From a virus (lineage: Duplodnaviria > Caudoviricetes), in IMG/VR virus record IMGVR_UViG_3300027744_000042, positions 1-41,615 of that record: DNA of 41,615 nucleotides, one strand, 5' to 3'. The number at the start of each line of letters is the position of its first letter. Within the stretch, counting starts at the first letter, position 1. This document shows positions 1 to 9,862 of this stretch, piece by piece. The notes under the pieces are model-generated. The model was not told the DNA's origin and made no database searches. It worked only from the letters and a program-made list of their open reading frames with translations. Both the position numbers and the translations under genes were made by a program.

Positions 1-78
1 GACTTTGCTACCCCTTATTCTACGCTTAGTTAATTTCTTGATAAACGGCGTTTATTCGTTTTCCTGATAAAGGGGGCT

Positions 79-99
79 TAATCGGATTAAATCCGATTA
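79..99. repeat. Perfect inverted repeat TAATCGGATT-A-AATCCGATTA just after the stop of the 100..1119 gene
   Basis: 10-bp arms read directly; TTC(T/C)TGATAAA direct repeats at ~34 and ~61; minus-strand TAGAAT -10-like box near 18-23. Confidence 0.6.
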
Positions 100-1119
100 T
101 CACTCCATTACTAGGAGTTTCTGGCGGAACACGTCAGGGTTAGCTGCGGCTTGGTTCAGATAGCGCCAGGCATTAGCGGGGTCGCGATCGGCTAGTGAGC
201 CGAAGCTCTCCCAGAAGGCGCCAGGGTTACCTTGCACTTGGGGCTGCGGGGGGAAGGGCATCTGAGGGCGCTCAGGGGCCATTCCAGTGGCTGCACCAGC
301 AGGACGAACAAACTGTTGCCCAACTTGCTGACCATACACAGGAGCGTCATCGGGGATAGGGTAGGGACCGTTATCACCAAAGAACTCACAAGTATAGTCC
401 GCCAGGACATCCGGATTGGTCAGGATCGTTTCGTAAGCTTGATGCTCAACGGAAAGTTCCTGAAGAAGATTCACAGCTTGCACCAACTGAGCGTTGGTGT
501 TAATCAGTGCGTCTTCAATGTTGCAGGCGTAGTTGTTGAGAACAGCAGGGGCATCGGCACCAAAGTAATCAATAACTTGCAGGCTGGCATCACTTACTCC
601 GTTTGCGCGGAGCTGGTTTGCTGTTATTTCCTGCGAAGTTTGGGAATAACTGTTGGAGTAGGCCGGGTTGCTGTTGATCCCAGGCGAATAGGTCTGCGTC
701 CCCTGGTTGCTGTACTGAGTTGGTACTACCTGGGAATTGTAATTGGCCGGAACGGCTTGAGGCGTCGCGGTCGATTGTTGACCCTGGAATGGGAATTGGA
801 CGGGCGAACTCAGGAGCCCTACCAGGCTGTTGAACGCCGACTTGTACGGGTTGTCCGTTTGAGGGGCCTGTGGGGCTGCCTGGTAGGACTGGGGGTACGA
901 CGGAGTAGGGTTGTATTGGGGTTGTGGAACCCCCATCTGGGCCTGCATTTGCGGGGCCGGGGCCACCGCTGTTTGGTAGGGCGCCACCCACTGCGAAGTT
1001 GTTGCTACCGCCGGTGCCTGAGACGCCGTCTGCTGCATTACTGGAGCCGCGTAGCTGATCGGCTGGGTCTGAGATACTTGGGGTGCCGATTGGGTCGGCA
1101 TTGCGGTATCGGCCTGCAT
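100..1119 (-). CDS. Gln/Pro/Ala-rich protein, probable capsid scaffolding/assembly protein
   Basis: Strong SD AAAGAGGT before ATG 1119; low-complexity N-half, helical C-half; lies downstream of portal. Function inferred from position only. Confidence 0.6.
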   Translation of the reverse strand: MQADTAMPTQSAPQVSQTQPISYAAPVMQQTASQAPAVATTSQWVAPYQTAVAPAPQMQAQMGVPQPQYNPTPSYPQSYQAAPQAPQTDNPYKSAFNSLVGLLSSPVQFPFQGQQSTATPQAVPANYNSQVVPTQYSNQGTQTYSPGINSNPAYSNSYSQTSQEITANQLRANGVSDASLQVIDYFGADAPAVLNNYACNIEDALINTNAQLVQAVNLLQELSVEHQAYETILTNPDVLADYTCEFFGDNGPYPIPDDAPVYGQQVGQQFVRPAGAATGMAPERPQMPFPPQPQVQGNPGAFWESFGSLADRDPANAWRYLNQAAANPDVFRQKLLVME

Positions 1120-2851
1120 AGGTTACCTCTTTTTGTAGGCTTTCGAGAGTTCGGTAAAGGAAGGGGGTGAGATCAAGTCTCGGATCCGCAGCCATGGGTA
1201 AGTTGGGTTGCTGCGGATGGGGGGTCCTCATTTGTTGATTTACGAGATCAATAAATGTGGCCATTGCCCTCTGTACTTCTCCCACCATCCGGAACGGGAA
1301 ACCGCTGAGCATGCCAGCAACTTCGTCGTCCGTTTTTGAAGGGAACAAATACTTCAGTGCTTCTATGCTATCAACACCTAACTCCTGTAGGTTCCTAGTA
1401 AAGATTGATTGGTTAAGTTTGTCCTGAGTTGTATCTTCATAAACAGGACCCATCCAACGCCACTCTATAGTTCGATCTCCATCTGGAGCCAAACCCAAGA
1501 CACCTGGTGGAATTGTTTTTGTCTCTACGGCATTATCAATTGCTTTTTGAAGTTTCTTTTCATACAAGCTTTTTTGCTTCTCGTATTTTGCTTCTTGCGC
1601 AGGATCTTGAAGATCAACAGGAGGATCAGGGTATTTAATACCTGAAGCAAATGCCAAGGATTTACGGAAGATTTGCTCTTCCTGAAAAACCATCAATTCA
1701 AGACAACGACAAATACCATAGGTATAAAGTTGTAGGCACTTTTTCTTTGCAGTAGCACTGACGCGTCCGTACGCTGATTTAATTTCAGTCGCGGTTACAT
1801 TGGTGATACTTAGGTCATCGATGCCTCCAAGGGCAAGCCGGATCTCACTACGAAGCTGTTCTGCGTAACGTGCTTGGTCAGCACTGACAGCGTTGGGCGT
1901 AATAAATCCAACACGATCGGTTGGCTCCAGGTTAGCGATGACCCTGGGGACGCGCAGGCCTGAACCAGGCTTTCCGTAGTAGCCAGGCTTGCGGCGGCTT
2001 TCGTTGTCCGATTTAAATGTGGAGGCGGACAGGCTGAACTCAGATTGGAAACCTGATTGACTGGAAATACTGGGGCGCTGGTCGGTTTCGCTACCAACTG
2101 CTTCAGTGATGTCCGCCTTGGGACGAGACGACAGCAGCGTAGGGTTTCCAAAGAATGAAAGGTTTGCCCGGATGTTTTTAACCATCTCATCATGAGCGAT
2201 GATCTGGTTGGAAAGCCACTCAAACTCCCCGTATCCCTCAGTACCAAAGGCGTCGGGATTATTGAAAACTTCTACGCACGGAATGAACTCCATGCTGTTG
2301 ACAGTTTTAGTGGTGTTGTTTAAGTTTGCAAACTCCACAGGGCTGTCAAACGACATTTCCTGTTCGCTGTGGCACTCTTCAATTTCTGTTGCAGTAATCC
2401 GCAACCGCATATAACGCTTATCAGTTGAGAGACCAATGCCACCAAAGCCCCTGCTAGATTTGACCTTATATGAATAAATAATAATAACTTCTTCTAATTC
2501 GCCATCTGGTGAGTAATAAGTTCTATAAGCATCTTTGTCAAACCAATACAATCTATACGTTTTCTTTGTTGGTCGAATATAAAAAAGACCCTTGCCATAG
2601 GCCAAGAAGCGATCCCACATTGAATCGAGGCGGGCGTCCAGCTTGTTGAACTTGATTACTTGCTGAATAAAATCAAACCGTTGCGTACCAAAGTTATCTT
2701 GATTTGGATAAAACTCAACGCCTTGCCTAATGCCAAACATGCGCATTTGCGCAAGGTGCGCATTAATGAGCATGGTATCCGCACTGCCGTTTGAGTCGCG
2801 CTCAACAACAGATTTTAAAATGTCGTCAAGAATAGATTTGTTTTCGGACAT
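590..2851 (-). CDS. Probable portal protein with long disordered C-terminal tail
   Basis: 753-aa ORF downstream of terminase; portal-like segments (FIPCVEVFN, NVTATEIK, IEWRWMGPVYED). Confidence 0.7.
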   Translation of the reverse strand: MSENKSILDDILKSVVERDSNGSADTMLINAHLAQMRMFGIRQGVEFYPNQDNFGTQRFDFIQQVIKFNKLDARLDSMWDRFLAYGKGLFYIRPTKKTYRLYWFDKDAYRTYYSPDGELEEVIIIYSYKVKSSRGFGGIGLSTDKRYMRLRITATEIEECHSEQEMSFDSPVEFANLNNTTKTVNSMEFIPCVEVFNNPDAFGTEGYGEFEWLSNQIIAHDEMVKNIRANLSFFGNPTLLSSRPKADITEAVGSETDQRPSISSQSGFQSEFSLSASTFKSDNESRRKPGYYGKPGSGLRVPRVIANLEPTDRVGFITPNAVSADQARYAEQLRSEIRLALGGIDDLSITNVTATEIKSAYGRVSATAKKKCLQLYTYGICRCLELMVFQEEQIFRKSLAFASGIKYPDPPVDLQDPAQEAKYEKQKSLYEKKLQKAIDNAVETKTIPPGVLGLAPDGDRTIEWRWMGPVYEDTTQDKLNQSIFTRNLQELGVDSIEALKYLFPSKTDDEVAGMLSGFPFRMVGEVQRAMATFIDLVNQQMRTPHPQQPNLPMAADPRLDLTPFLYRTLESLQKEVTYAGRYRNADPIGTPSISDPADQLRGSSNAADGVSGTGGSNNFAVGGALPNSGGPGPANAGPDGGSTTPIQPYSVVPPVLPGSPTGPSNGQPVQVGVQQPGRAPEFARPIPIPGSTIDRDASSRSGQLQFPGSTNSVQQPGDADLFAWDQQQPGLLQQLFPNFAGNNSKPAPRKRSK

Positions 2852-2874
2852 TCGTTTGGAAAGCGCTTTAGCTA

Positions 2875-3057
2875 TTATGCCTCAATATCGTATCCGGCGT
2901 GCAACCTTTTTAGGGTAATTACATCATCTTCAACTTCGACATCAAATCGTTCGCCAGGGCTAAGCCCCATGTCGTGACACAACTCATCGGGGAGCGGAAC
3001 AACAGCAGAACCGTAGGCGTCCTGGTCCAGTTCAATAATGTAATAGCCGGTAGACAT
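2875..3057 (-). CDS. AbrB/SpoVT/MazE-type DNA-binding protein
   Basis: GSAVVPLPDELCHDMGLSPGERFDVEVEDDVITLKR matches the swapped-hairpin pattern. Confidence 0.8.
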   Translation of the reverse strand: MSTGYYIIELDQDAYGSAVVPLPDELCHDMGLSPGERFDVEVEDDVITLKRLHAGYDIEA

Positions 3058-3117
3058 TGTAAGGTGGTTTCATAAGTTTAGATCCAGAATACTTTATCCC
3101 TTACAATCCTGCACACA

Positions 3118-4641
3118 TCAATATTCGAGTTCAAGTTTGCCCCTGGTCATCAATCCGTTACAGAGCCAGACAAGAGCGTCGACGCAGTCGTCGTGTGAAC
3201 TAACGCCAAAGTTGATGATCTCGTCAGTCAACGCCTGGAACTTGCGATACTTGTTAAAAGTAATTTTGCGCTGCTCAAACAATCCCATGATGCCCCTAAA
3301 GCGTGCAACCTTGTCACCACGGAATCCTTTGACCGCATGCCAGTTAATGTTGTAAAGCCCGTGCTCCCCTAAGCAGATCCGTTTGAAGTCAGCTTCAAGG
3401 GACGCTTGGTATGCCACAGCTTCTGACCACACGTCAATAGTGCTGCCAGTGGGGAAATATTGGTTTCCATCTTTGTGTGCAATTCCCCACTCATAACACA
3501 TCTCCATAAGAGACTCCAACTTCTCTAAGTTACCCATAACTCGGATCCGCTTGCAATCTATGATGTGAATCTTGCTGCCGATCCTGCCGCCAAGCACTAT
3601 GGCTGTGTAGTCATTACGTTCCCTTATACCAGCGGAGAGGTCAATGCCGATTCCCAAAGCATCAAACTCCGTGGAGATTTGGCCTTTAACAATCAGCTCA
3701 GGGGAAAGGGAAAGCTCGCTGGTTTGTGCAATTTGATTTTGGTACTGAAAACTAAAACTGATAGGTGCTTGACGGCGGCGATCGCTAAGATATTCCAGAG
3801 ACCACATGTTAGGCCAGTAAGAAACTTCGTCTCCGTTAGCATCAACAGTGATTGCGGATTGAACGATTTGAACCCAGTCATTTTGTGGAATAAACGTAGT
3901 GCTGTGAATGTCGTCGTGCCTGAACCGAGTGCCGAGGCAGATGGCTCTTCCACCCTCAAACATAGTAGGAACAATAACGGAGTTCCAGTTGTCCTCCATC
4001 ATCTGTCGGATGTCTTTATTTTTAATGTCGTCGCTCGACTTAATACAGTCGTCGATTATACATAAGTGGCTTCGTTTTGAGGTCACGGCGCCCTTGAGGC
4101 CAGCGCAACAAACTGTAAATTCTTCTTCACCAGTAGATCTGATGCCTGCAAACTTCCAATCAATACTCCAGTATTCGTTGGAGTTAATCCCTTTGGCAAT
4201 TTTTACCATAGGGAAAATTTCTCGATACGTTTTACTTTCTTCGATGATGCGCTTGATGGCTGCACTCTTAGGCCGAGCAACATCAACCGTGTAGGAAATA
4301 TAAAGAATCTTTAAGGGTTTTTTGTGGAAGGCGTGAACGCCAATTGCCCAAGCTGTATATAAACCTAAAACTGTACTTTTTGCACTACCCCTGGGAGCAA
4401 GGATGTCAATGTTGGGACCACCGATAGCAATCAAGCACTCAGTATTATCGCCAGTACAAAGGTAGCGGTGCCATTGTTTATGGTGTTCTGCTGGCGGCTT
4501 ATCTCCTACTACGTCACAAAAGTATGCAAAATCTGTACGCGCCCGTTCAGTGTCAATGTTAGAAGTTTTTTTAACAACTTGTTGTTTAGCTGCTGCACGC
4601 GCAGTTCTGCGATGAACACTATAAAGACTTGTGCCAGCCAA
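3118..4641 (-). CDS. terL: Terminase large subunit
   Basis: Walker A APRGSAKST, Walker B LCIIDD, coupling motif LGTR, nuclease GIDLS and HDDCVDA; TTG start. Confidence 0.92.
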   Translation of the reverse strand: MAGTSLYSVHRRTARAAAKQQVVKKTSNIDTERARTDFAYFCDVVGDKPPAEHHKQWHRYLCTGDNTECLIAIGGPNIDILAPRGSAKSTVLGLYTAWAIGVHAFHKKPLKILYISYTVDVARPKSAAIKRIIEESKTYREIFPMVKIAKGINSNEYWSIDWKFAGIRSTGEEEFTVCCAGLKGAVTSKRSHLCIIDDCIKSSDDIKNKDIRQMMEDNWNSVIVPTMFEGGRAICLGTRFRHDDIHSTTFIPQNDWVQIVQSAITVDANGDEVSYWPNMWSLEYLSDRRRQAPISFSFQYQNQIAQTSELSLSPELIVKGQISTEFDALGIGIDLSAGIRERNDYTAIVLGGRIGSKIHIIDCKRIRVMGNLEKLESLMEMCYEWGIAHKDGNQYFPTGSTIDVWSEAVAYQASLEADFKRICLGEHGLYNINWHAVKGFRGDKVARFRGIMGLFEQRKITFNKYRKFQALTDEIINFGVSSHDDCVDALVWLCNGLMTRGKLELEY

Positions 4642-4681
4642 TGTAAATCTCAGTTATGTGCTTACCTTAGCGCACTAACCT

Positions 4682-5167
4682 TTATGATTCTTCTTGCAGA
4701 ATTTTTGTCCATACTGCCATGGACGCTTCTTCTAAAGGACCTTCAATAGGATCATCACGGAAGATCAAAAGCATTTCACGCAACGCACGATCGGCGCCAG
4801 CAAGGATCAGACCTTGCTTGTCGGTTAGGTGTTTTTCGTCGTTAAGTTGCTTGATGGTGCCACGCAGTTCTTTTTGGAGCATGGCGATCCTGGAGGCCCC
4901 CATGTCTTGCTTGATCATGCCAAGATCAATTGCTTCCCTAAGCTTTGCAATATCCTGCTGCATGGAGTCAATTTCCATCTCCATGATTCCATTGAAGTTT
5001 CTCTTCTTAAATTCTTTTACAGCCCATTCACTGCACTCCACGATGCTGCCTGAAAACCCGAGAAATCGGGAGTACAGATACATCTGTATGGGTGAAGAGA
5101 TTTGCTTGCAAAAAGAAAGAAAGGATTCGCGGTCTTTTTCAGTTAAAGACTGGAGCCAGTCAATCAT
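4682..5167 (-). CDS. Helical protein, candidate terminase small subunit
   Basis: 161 aa, coiled-coil middle, directly upstream of terL; positional inference. Confidence 0.45.
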   Translation of the reverse strand: MIDWLQSLTEKDRESFLSFCKQISSPIQMYLYSRFLGFSGSIVECSEWAVKEFKKRNFNGIMEMEIDSMQQDIAKLREAIDLGMIKQDMGASRIAMLQKELRGTIKQLNDEKHLTDKQGLILAGADRALREMLLIFRDDPIEGPLEEASMAVWTKILQEES

Positions 5168-5571
5168 GCACGATAAGAGCCTTGCGCCCAGTTACGGTTC
5201 CTGTTGGCAGCATAGTTCTCTTGCATGATTTTCTGCAAGTCGGTTTTCCGCGTTTCTTCGCCGGCAGTTTGCGTACCGAGGCGTTGCTGTTCACCTTCAG
5301 TGGTTGTCGAAGCGCGCTGTTGTTCACCTTGCGTTGCAATGGTGGCACGGGTTTCACCACCAATAGCTTGTGTCTGACGCATGTCCTGCGTGGTGAAGAA
5401 CGCTTTGTTCTGCTGGTCCAACTGCGACCCAAGGGTCATGTTGAGTCGGGATTGTGCACCGCTGACTTCATTCAACGCAGTTTGGGCCTCCAGGGACTGA
5501 GTAGGCTGCTGCACCACCGTAGGGGCCGGCGGCGGCGGGGAGTAAGTGACAGAGGGTGAACTACCTCCCAT
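5164..5571 (-). CDS. Gln/Thr-rich virion-associated hypothetical protein
   Basis: SD AAGAGG; internal repeats GEQQR/GEETR; MGG-S-P-rich N-terminus. Confidence 0.7.
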   Translation of the reverse strand: MGGSSPSVTYSPPPPAPTVVQQPTQSLEAQTALNEVSGAQSRLNMTLGSQLDQQNKAFFTTQDMRQTQAIGGETRATIATQGEQQRASTTTEGEQQRLGTQTAGEETRKTDLQKIMQENYAANRNRNWAQGSYRA

Positions 5572-5597
5572 GACAATAAAACCTCTTAATTAGTAAT

Positions 5598-5606
5598 AGT
5601 ATAGCA
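5598..5606 (-). promoter_or_regulatory. Extended -10 (TGCTATACT) upstream of 5164..5571
   Basis: TGnTAnnnT about 26 nt before the ATG; similar boxes precede other minus-strand genes. Confidence 0.5.
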
Positions 5607-5619
5607 AATAGAGCAGTGA

Positions 5620-6180
5620 TCAGCCTACTTGGAAAGTTTGACCGGCAAATCTAAGTCCGCTTTGTGCTGCTTGCTGTTGAGCTGCGATACCCATGGCACG
5701 GCGATATTCTGAATCAGCTGCTGAAGCCATTTGATTCTGTTTAGAGGCCATGATATTTTGGATGTTGCTCGGTGAACCTTCTTTAAAAGCTAAAAATTGC
5801 TTGCTTGCTGCCAGGTTGCGAGCAGTTGCTTGAGAAGCAGCAGCAGACATGTATGGAAACACATCTGACAGCTGTTTCCGTGTCAGTTCCGCTTGCATCT
5901 GATATTCTTGTGCACGTTGAGCCGACAGCTCAGGTTGCGCACTTTTCCAAGCATAAATTTGATCTAAAACTGTTTGAGAGGGTTTGCCAACAGCATCTCC
6001 ACCAGGGAACGAGGGGACAGTTGGAGGGGTTTGTCCTTTTGGAGTCGGAGTGCTTGCTGCTACAAGCGACGCCGCCAGAGCATTGGGATCAAACTTGCTA
6101 TTATATTTGTCGCTTAACTTAACTGTTGACGGGGATACCAAACTTGCGGTTGGATCCCATATGGAACGAAAATCAGCCAT
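5620..6180 (-). CDS. Ala/Gln-rich virion-associated hypothetical protein
   Basis: Continuous late-arm ORF overlapping the upstream stop; QQQAA-rich helical C-terminus. Confidence 0.7.
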   Translation of the reverse strand: MADFRSIWDPTASLVSPSTVKLSDKYNSKFDPNALAASLVAASTPTPKGQTPPTVPSFPGGDAVGKPSQTVLDQIYAWKSAQPELSAQRAQEYQMQAELTRKQLSDVFPYMSAAASQATARNLAASKQFLAFKEGSPSNIQNIMASKQNQMASAADSEYRRAMGIAAQQQAAQSGLRFAGQTFQVG

Positions 6181-6721
6181 ACTGATATTGTGCCGCTAAG
6201 GCTGACCCCATTTGTGAGGCAGCATTAAGACCCATTTGTTGTGCAGTTTGTGCGCCACCAAGCATCAGCGCTTGGTTGGTACCGATGTTGGAACGAATTT
6301 GAGCAGCCGCCATCATACGCTCAAGCTCACTTTTCTTGGCTTGTTCCATGAGGGGAAGCATGGCATACCCTGTCTTAACAGCTTCAGCACGGGTTTGATC
6401 TGCTAACAAAGCCTGTTGAACGCGTGTGGTAAGGAGTCCTTTATTGGGATCCACAAGATCATACACAGAAGTTGGTTGATTTAACTTTGCAAGATTTTCA
6501 GGTACCGCAGCAACCTGCGGCATTGCTCCAGGTTGTTGGACTAACTGATAGGTTGCAACTGGCCCGACAGCAGCACCTGCTGCGTCCTGTACAGGCTTTC
6601 TTAGAGCATTTGCGGTCAACCCCCCTGCAAAAGCAACCGGCACCATAAGGGGGTTGCTTATGGCGCTCCCTACAAGACCTGTAAAGGCTTGCCCTGCCAT
6701 CCGGTTAAAATCAAAAGCCAT
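6173..6721 (-). CDS. Ala/Gln-rich virion-associated hypothetical protein
   Basis: SD AAGAGG and TAAAAT upstream. Confidence 0.7.
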   Translation of the reverse strand: MAFDFNRMAGQAFTGLVGSAISNPLMVPVAFAGGLTANALRKPVQDAAGAAVGPVATYQLVQQPGAMPQVAAVPENLAKLNQPTSVYDLVDPNKGLLTTRVQQALLADQTRAEAVKTGYAMLPLMEQAKKSELERMMAAAQIRSNIGTNQALMLGGAQTAQQMGLNAASQMGSALAAQYQYG

Positions 6722-6776
6722 AATTTAGATCCTCTTAATAAACATTTTAGTGGTAATAAGCTTTAATTAAAAGAAA

Positions 6777-7262
6777 CTACCCAAAGAAACTACCCACGCT
6801 GCCACCAATGGCAGGCAGCGCTGCTCTAATCCCTGGACCAAGTCCTGGAATAAAGCTAGCTCCAATACCAGCCAAAGTTCCCAAGGGGCCGCCAAACCCT
6901 CTAGATCCTTGAATGGTGTAAGGTTGCTGCTGCTGAGGATAAACAACAGTGAAATCACCGCTACTCTGTACACCGCCGCCGCTCATGCCGCCGCCGCCAC
7001 GATTACCGTAATAACCAAAATCATTATCTCTATTTTTCCCCCACTTTTCTAACGCGCTCCCCGCCATGCGCATGCCTTCGCCAAACTTATCTCCAAAACT
7101 TGGGGAGCTTTTACTTGATTCTGACGATGAACTAAGATCTAATTTTGGAGCATCTTCACCGTAAAAATCTGTAATGGAATAGTTACCAAATGGGTTTTGG
7201 CCACTTTTAATCGCGTTCTCATAATTAGTATTAAAGCCGCCAGCATAATCGGAAAAAGCCAT
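6777..7262 (-). CDS. Gly-rich protein with C-terminal glycine-zipper-like segment (possible ejection/pilot protein)
   Basis: GTLAGIGASFIPGLGPG...AIGGSVGSFFG. Confidence 0.65.
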   Translation of the reverse strand: MAFSDYAGGFNTNYENAIKSGQNPFGNYSITDFYGEDAPKLDLSSSSESSKSSPSFGDKFGEGMRMAGSALEKWGKNRDNDFGYYGNRGGGGMSGGGVQSSGDFTVVYPQQQQPYTIQGSRGFGGPLGTLAGIGASFIPGLGPGIRAALPAIGGSVGSFFG

Positions 7263-8597
7263 TTACTTAACGTACGGAGTGAGTTGTTGCCAGCTACGTG
7301 CCTCAGGTTGACCTAAGGCTGCACCAGCTTGTTCTAAAGAACCATGTTTGTGCTTTAAGTATTCTACAGGGTTTTCTTTTTTAAGTCGCCGTTCTGCAGA
7401 TTTTTGAAGAAGTTTCTTAGCAACATGTCCAATAGTTGCCGCAGTTGCTGCTCCTGCTAACAAAATTACCGGATCTGTGTAACCACCAAGTTTTTCTGCA
7501 ATTTTAGTTCCTACACCTGGCTCGCCATAAGTATGTTGTGTGGTTTTTGTTGCCCCACCAGCAGCACGCCTTTTGTAATACTCATCTAATCCCGCCCCTC
7601 GCCGCTCGGTTGCAAATTCAGGGTATTGTCCTTCCGCAATATTGTAAACCCCTTGCGCATCTGGAGCACTAGACTTAATTTTTACTTTTGGTTCAATAGC
7701 TTTAGTTAATCCTTTGATTGCACCAAGACCTGCGGCTGTACCCAAGACAGCACTTAAGGTAATAGGTACACCTTTCAAGCGAATCTCAGGATCATTTAAT
7801 CCTCGTGCGGTGCCACGAATGACGCCCCCCAGTGCAGAAAAAGATTGTGCCTCAGGATCAACAATGACGTTCTTCCCTGCTTCCGGCTTCATGTTTTCAT
7901 AACGACGGTATTGCACATAAGTAGAAGGTGCAACATCAGGACGTTCTTTTTTAAATTCAGCATAAGGAAGGAGTTGCCCACGCTGACCCAAGCCATAACG
8001 CAGTGCGGCTTCTAACGTAGCTGAACGAGTCTTGCGCCCGGTGGGATCCTCTTCTTTAGAAACAGGTGCTACAGCCTTTTGTCCCCTTGGTCGTAATCCT
8101 GTAGCAATGGATCCTGTTTGACCGCTCAAAAGCCCCAGGGTTACAGGAACTGCTGCAGCAACTACGGCGCCAGCAAGGGTGGACTTCAGGCCAAGTCGTG
8201 GTGCGGCATATTGACCAACATCGCCCATAAGTCGGTGCATGTTTGTATAATGCCAAACATCTCTACGAGTCGCATTTGTTAAGACATCTGCGGCAAGCCC
8301 TGGAGCTATTGGTGCAGCAGTGGGAACGTTAAAAGGAACATTAACTTTTTCTTTATTGGCAACAGAAGAATAACTGCCACTTGGATATACGCCTTGAGTT
8401 CGTTTAACGTTTGCTGCAGCAACTGCATTTCTTATTTGCTCGCGCAACACTTCTCCGGTGGGGCCAATATTGCTTTTATAATAATTCCAAGGGGTACGTT
8501 CAATACCTGTTTGCAACTTGCTGACAGCTTGTTGAGCAAACTGTTGAGCTTTAGCTAAGCTATTTGTCAGGTAATTTGTATTGACGTTTGGATTCAT
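7263..8597 (-). CDS. 444-aa late protein with several hydrophobic Ala/Gly segments (possible internal virion protein)
   Basis: Long ORF abutting both neighbours. Confidence 0.7.
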   Translation of the reverse strand: MNPNVNTNYLTNSLAKAQQFAQQAVSKLQTGIERTPWNYYKSNIGPTGEVLREQIRNAVAAANVKRTQGVYPSGSYSSVANKEKVNVPFNVPTAAPIAPGLAADVLTNATRRDVWHYTNMHRLMGDVGQYAAPRLGLKSTLAGAVVAAAVPVTLGLLSGQTGSIATGLRPRGQKAVAPVSKEEDPTGRKTRSATLEAALRYGLGQRGQLLPYAEFKKERPDVAPSTYVQYRRYENMKPEAGKNVIVDPEAQSFSALGGVIRGTARGLNDPEIRLKGVPITLSAVLGTAAGLGAIKGLTKAIEPKVKIKSSAPDAQGVYNIAEGQYPEFATERRGAGLDEYYKRRAAGGATKTTQHTYGEPGVGTKIAEKLGGYTDPVILLAGAATAATIGHVAKKLLQKSAERRLKKENPVEYLKHKHGSLEQAGAALGQPEARSWQQLTPYVK

Positions 8598-8599
8598 TA

Positions 8600-9193
8600 T
8601 CAGTAACGAGCATTTGGATTTAACATGCCAATGATACTTTGTAGATCAGCGCTAGGATTTTTATGCACAACCGTTGTCATCGGGGCGTGATAATTTTTAG
8701 CTAGTGCCAAATTGATTTCATTGTTGTAACGTTGCTGTTCCATCTCTGCATGCATTCCTTGCAATTGCATTAACTGGGCAGTGTCTGGACTCATTTGATC
8801 GCCTGGTTCAGGCGCAACTGTTTGCGAAACAGGTTGCATCCTGCCGTGCAGACCCTGGTTGACAGATTGCGAAACAACCTGTGCGCCAGCACCACCCAAG
8901 ATGGATCCTGCGCTATCTGCTGCAATGCCAGGAATTCCCATTGCCCTCATGCCGCCAGCAATTGGGGAGCTTATGAGTGACTGGGTGCCTGAATGAAGCG
9001 CTGCTTGCAAAGGAGTTACGCCAGGTTCCTGCCCTAAGATACGTGGGACTGCTTGTGATACTGCTGCACCTAGTGCGGTATCTACTGCAACTTTTGTTCC
9101 AATATTTTTTAAGGTTTGCGGGTTGGTTAGATATTTTCCGAGGGCTGCTCCCGCCATGCGTATGGCCGGTACTGCTCCAGCAAAAAGAGTCAT
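8600..9193 (-). CDS. Ala/Gly-rich late hypothetical protein
   Basis: ATGA overlap with the upstream gene. Confidence 0.7.
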   Translation of the reverse strand: MTLFAGAVPAIRMAGAALGKYLTNPQTLKNIGTKVAVDTALGAAVSQAVPRILGQEPGVTPLQAALHSGTQSLISSPIAGGMRAMGIPGIAADSAGSILGGAGAQVVSQSVNQGLHGRMQPVSQTVAPEPGDQMSPDTAQLMQLQGMHAEMEQQRYNNEINLALAKNYHAPMTTVVHKNPSADLQSIIGMLNPNARY

Positions 9194-9651
9194 GATACTT
9201 GTGTTCCAGATGCACCCGGATATTTAATTCTACTAGAAGCAGCCACAGCAATATCACCAATTCCTTGGCCAGGTTGTTTAGCTTGGTATGCAGCAATTGT
9301 TTGTTGATTTATGGCCTCATCTTCAGGAAGCAAAGCGCGTTTTACTCCTTCCGCATACTTGCTTACAAAATCTTTAGCAAGGGCTTGATCTCCTTTATTA
9401 ATAAAATTAGGCTGATCGTTCAAACCATCAATTTTGTGTTGTGTATCTTCTGCATCTTTTGCACTAAATACTTGAGAATACAGTTCGCGAGATGGTGGAT
9501 TCTTTTTTAGCTCAGAGACAAATTTATTACGGTATGAAGTGGGATCCGCATTGGCAGGTGCGTTGGGTCCGGTGGTGTTTGCGGAAACACTATTTTTATC
9601 CCGTACAGCCTGATCGGACGGTGATGAATAATTTTGGGAAAAAGTGGCCAT
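9190..9651 (-). CDS. Late hypothetical protein
   Basis: Fits the tightly packed operon. Confidence 0.7.
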   Translation of the reverse strand: MATFSQNYSSPSDQAVRDKNSVSANTTGPNAPANADPTSYRNKFVSELKKNPPSRELYSQVFSAKDAEDTQHKIDGLNDQPNFINKGDQALAKDFVSKYAEGVKRALLPEDEAINQQTIAAYQAKQPGQGIGDIAVAASSRIKYPGASGTQVS

Positions 9652-9659
9652 CTAAGTAA

Positions 9660-9860
9660 TTACTTACCTTTGTGTTTGCGTAGTTTTTTAAGGGTCTTTG
9701 CTAGGTTTGCTTGGCGAACTGTAGTTTTGTCGTACTCGTCAGGGTTAGCAGTTACCTTAGCTGCATACTCTGATACCGACATGTTGTGTTCTTCTGCTTT
9801 CTTGGTAAATGCACCCGGACGCTTGATGGCGTCTTTGATCCACTTTTTATCTTTAACCAT
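9660..9860 (-). CDS. Small basic phage protein (KWIxxAIKxPGA type)
   Basis: KKWIKDAIKRPGAF...RQANLAKTL pattern recognised from phage hypothetical proteins. Confidence 0.7.
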   Translation of the reverse strand: MVKDKKWIKDAIKRPGAFTKKAEEHNMSVSEYAAKVTANPDEYDKTTVRQANLAKTLKKLRKHKGK

Positions 9861-9862
9861 AA

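Noticed and set aside
166-883. Nine CCWGG sites in under 900 nt, suggesting methylase-site enrichment
   Set aside because: Explainable by Pro-Gly and Gln codons in two overlapping frames; needs a genome-wide Markov-corrected count
232-1170. 312-aa + strand ORF
   Set aside because: Antisense shadow of the GC-rich, doubly coding minus-strand region; no SD, and Arg/Leu-rich composition typical of shadows
3778-3785. HIP1 octamer GCGATCGC
   Set aside because: Isolated occurrence; no enrichment noticed
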